From Flaccisagitta enflata (taxonomy: Eukaryota), in NCBI GenBank assembly GCA_965153355.1, contig OZ231126.1, positions 24,490,001-24,554,000 on the forward strand: a stretch of DNA of 64,000 bases. Direction: 5' to 3'. Position numbers and translations under genes: made by a program. How positions within the stretch are numbered: position 1 is the first letter of the stretch; each line of letters starts with the position of its first letter. Below, one piece after another: positions 63,537 to 64,000 of this stretch. The notes beneath the pieces are model-generated. The model was not told the origin of the DNA, ran no database searches, and saw only the letters and a list, made by a program, of their open reading frames with translations.

Positions 63537-64000
63537 CTAGCTTGTACCTAAATGACTAAAAGCAATAAAATCAGAATTCTACAAGTAGTTCTTGTTGTGG
63601 GGCTGTCTTGGGCTTCTAATGGCATCAATTTTGGTCTGAAAAATTTGCATCTTGCTGTCCGCGCCTTACCTTGAATTTTCCTTCAGCCTATGGGAAACAA
63701 AAAATTTCAAAGTGCTTAAATCTCTGTTTTGACTGCAGATTGGAAATCTGCAGAAAAAACTGTTAATTGAAAGTGCTTTCCTTTTTTCAATATTCTTTCG
63801 GGATCATAGCCAAAATTCATCTTAAAGATATAAAAAAAGGTTAGTTCGGCGATTTTACATATGAATAAAAAAGAAAGGTAAGTTTTGCAAACTTTGACAC
63901 TTATTTTGAGCACCTTCTAGTTGGAATATTGAAAAAAGGAAAGCACTTTCAATTAACAGTTTTTTCTGCAGATTTCAAATCTGCAGTCAAAACAGAGATT
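63537..64000. mobile_element. Repeat homologous to 33972-34440, running off the window
   Basis: TAGCTTGTAC..AAATGACTAAAA... shared with 33972 onward; internal inverted repeats. Confidence 0.6.

Overview
Repeat-dense eukaryotic DNA, most likely from an invertebrate animal. The one clear host gene is on the + strand: ten GT-AG exons (7354-17219) splice in consistent phase into a natriuretic-peptide-receptor / receptor-guanylyl-cyclase-type extracellular ligand-binding domain. I could not find its signal-peptide exon or any transmembrane, kinase-homology or cyclase exons. The rest of the window is layered transposons. A decayed BEL/Pao LTR retrotransposon on the - strand (~21146-38030) has a polyQ-rich gag and an unexplained extra ORF in the env position; its gag is split by a 7-kb foldback TIR element that itself carries nested inserts. 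An 8.46-kb TTAA-flanked Kolobok-like element (39200-47661) has an empty site in the same window and carries a spliced pseudogene with a RAG1/Transib/Chapaev-like motif. There are also several non-autonomous Helentron-like (HINE/DINE-1-type) families, many MITEs with readable TIRs and TSDs, a Crack/L2 LINE 3' fragment, tRNA-derived SINEs and many micro/minisatellites, including an intronic 22-bp array carrying GCCACCATGG and a splice-donor motif in most units. All calls were made by eye, with no database searches.
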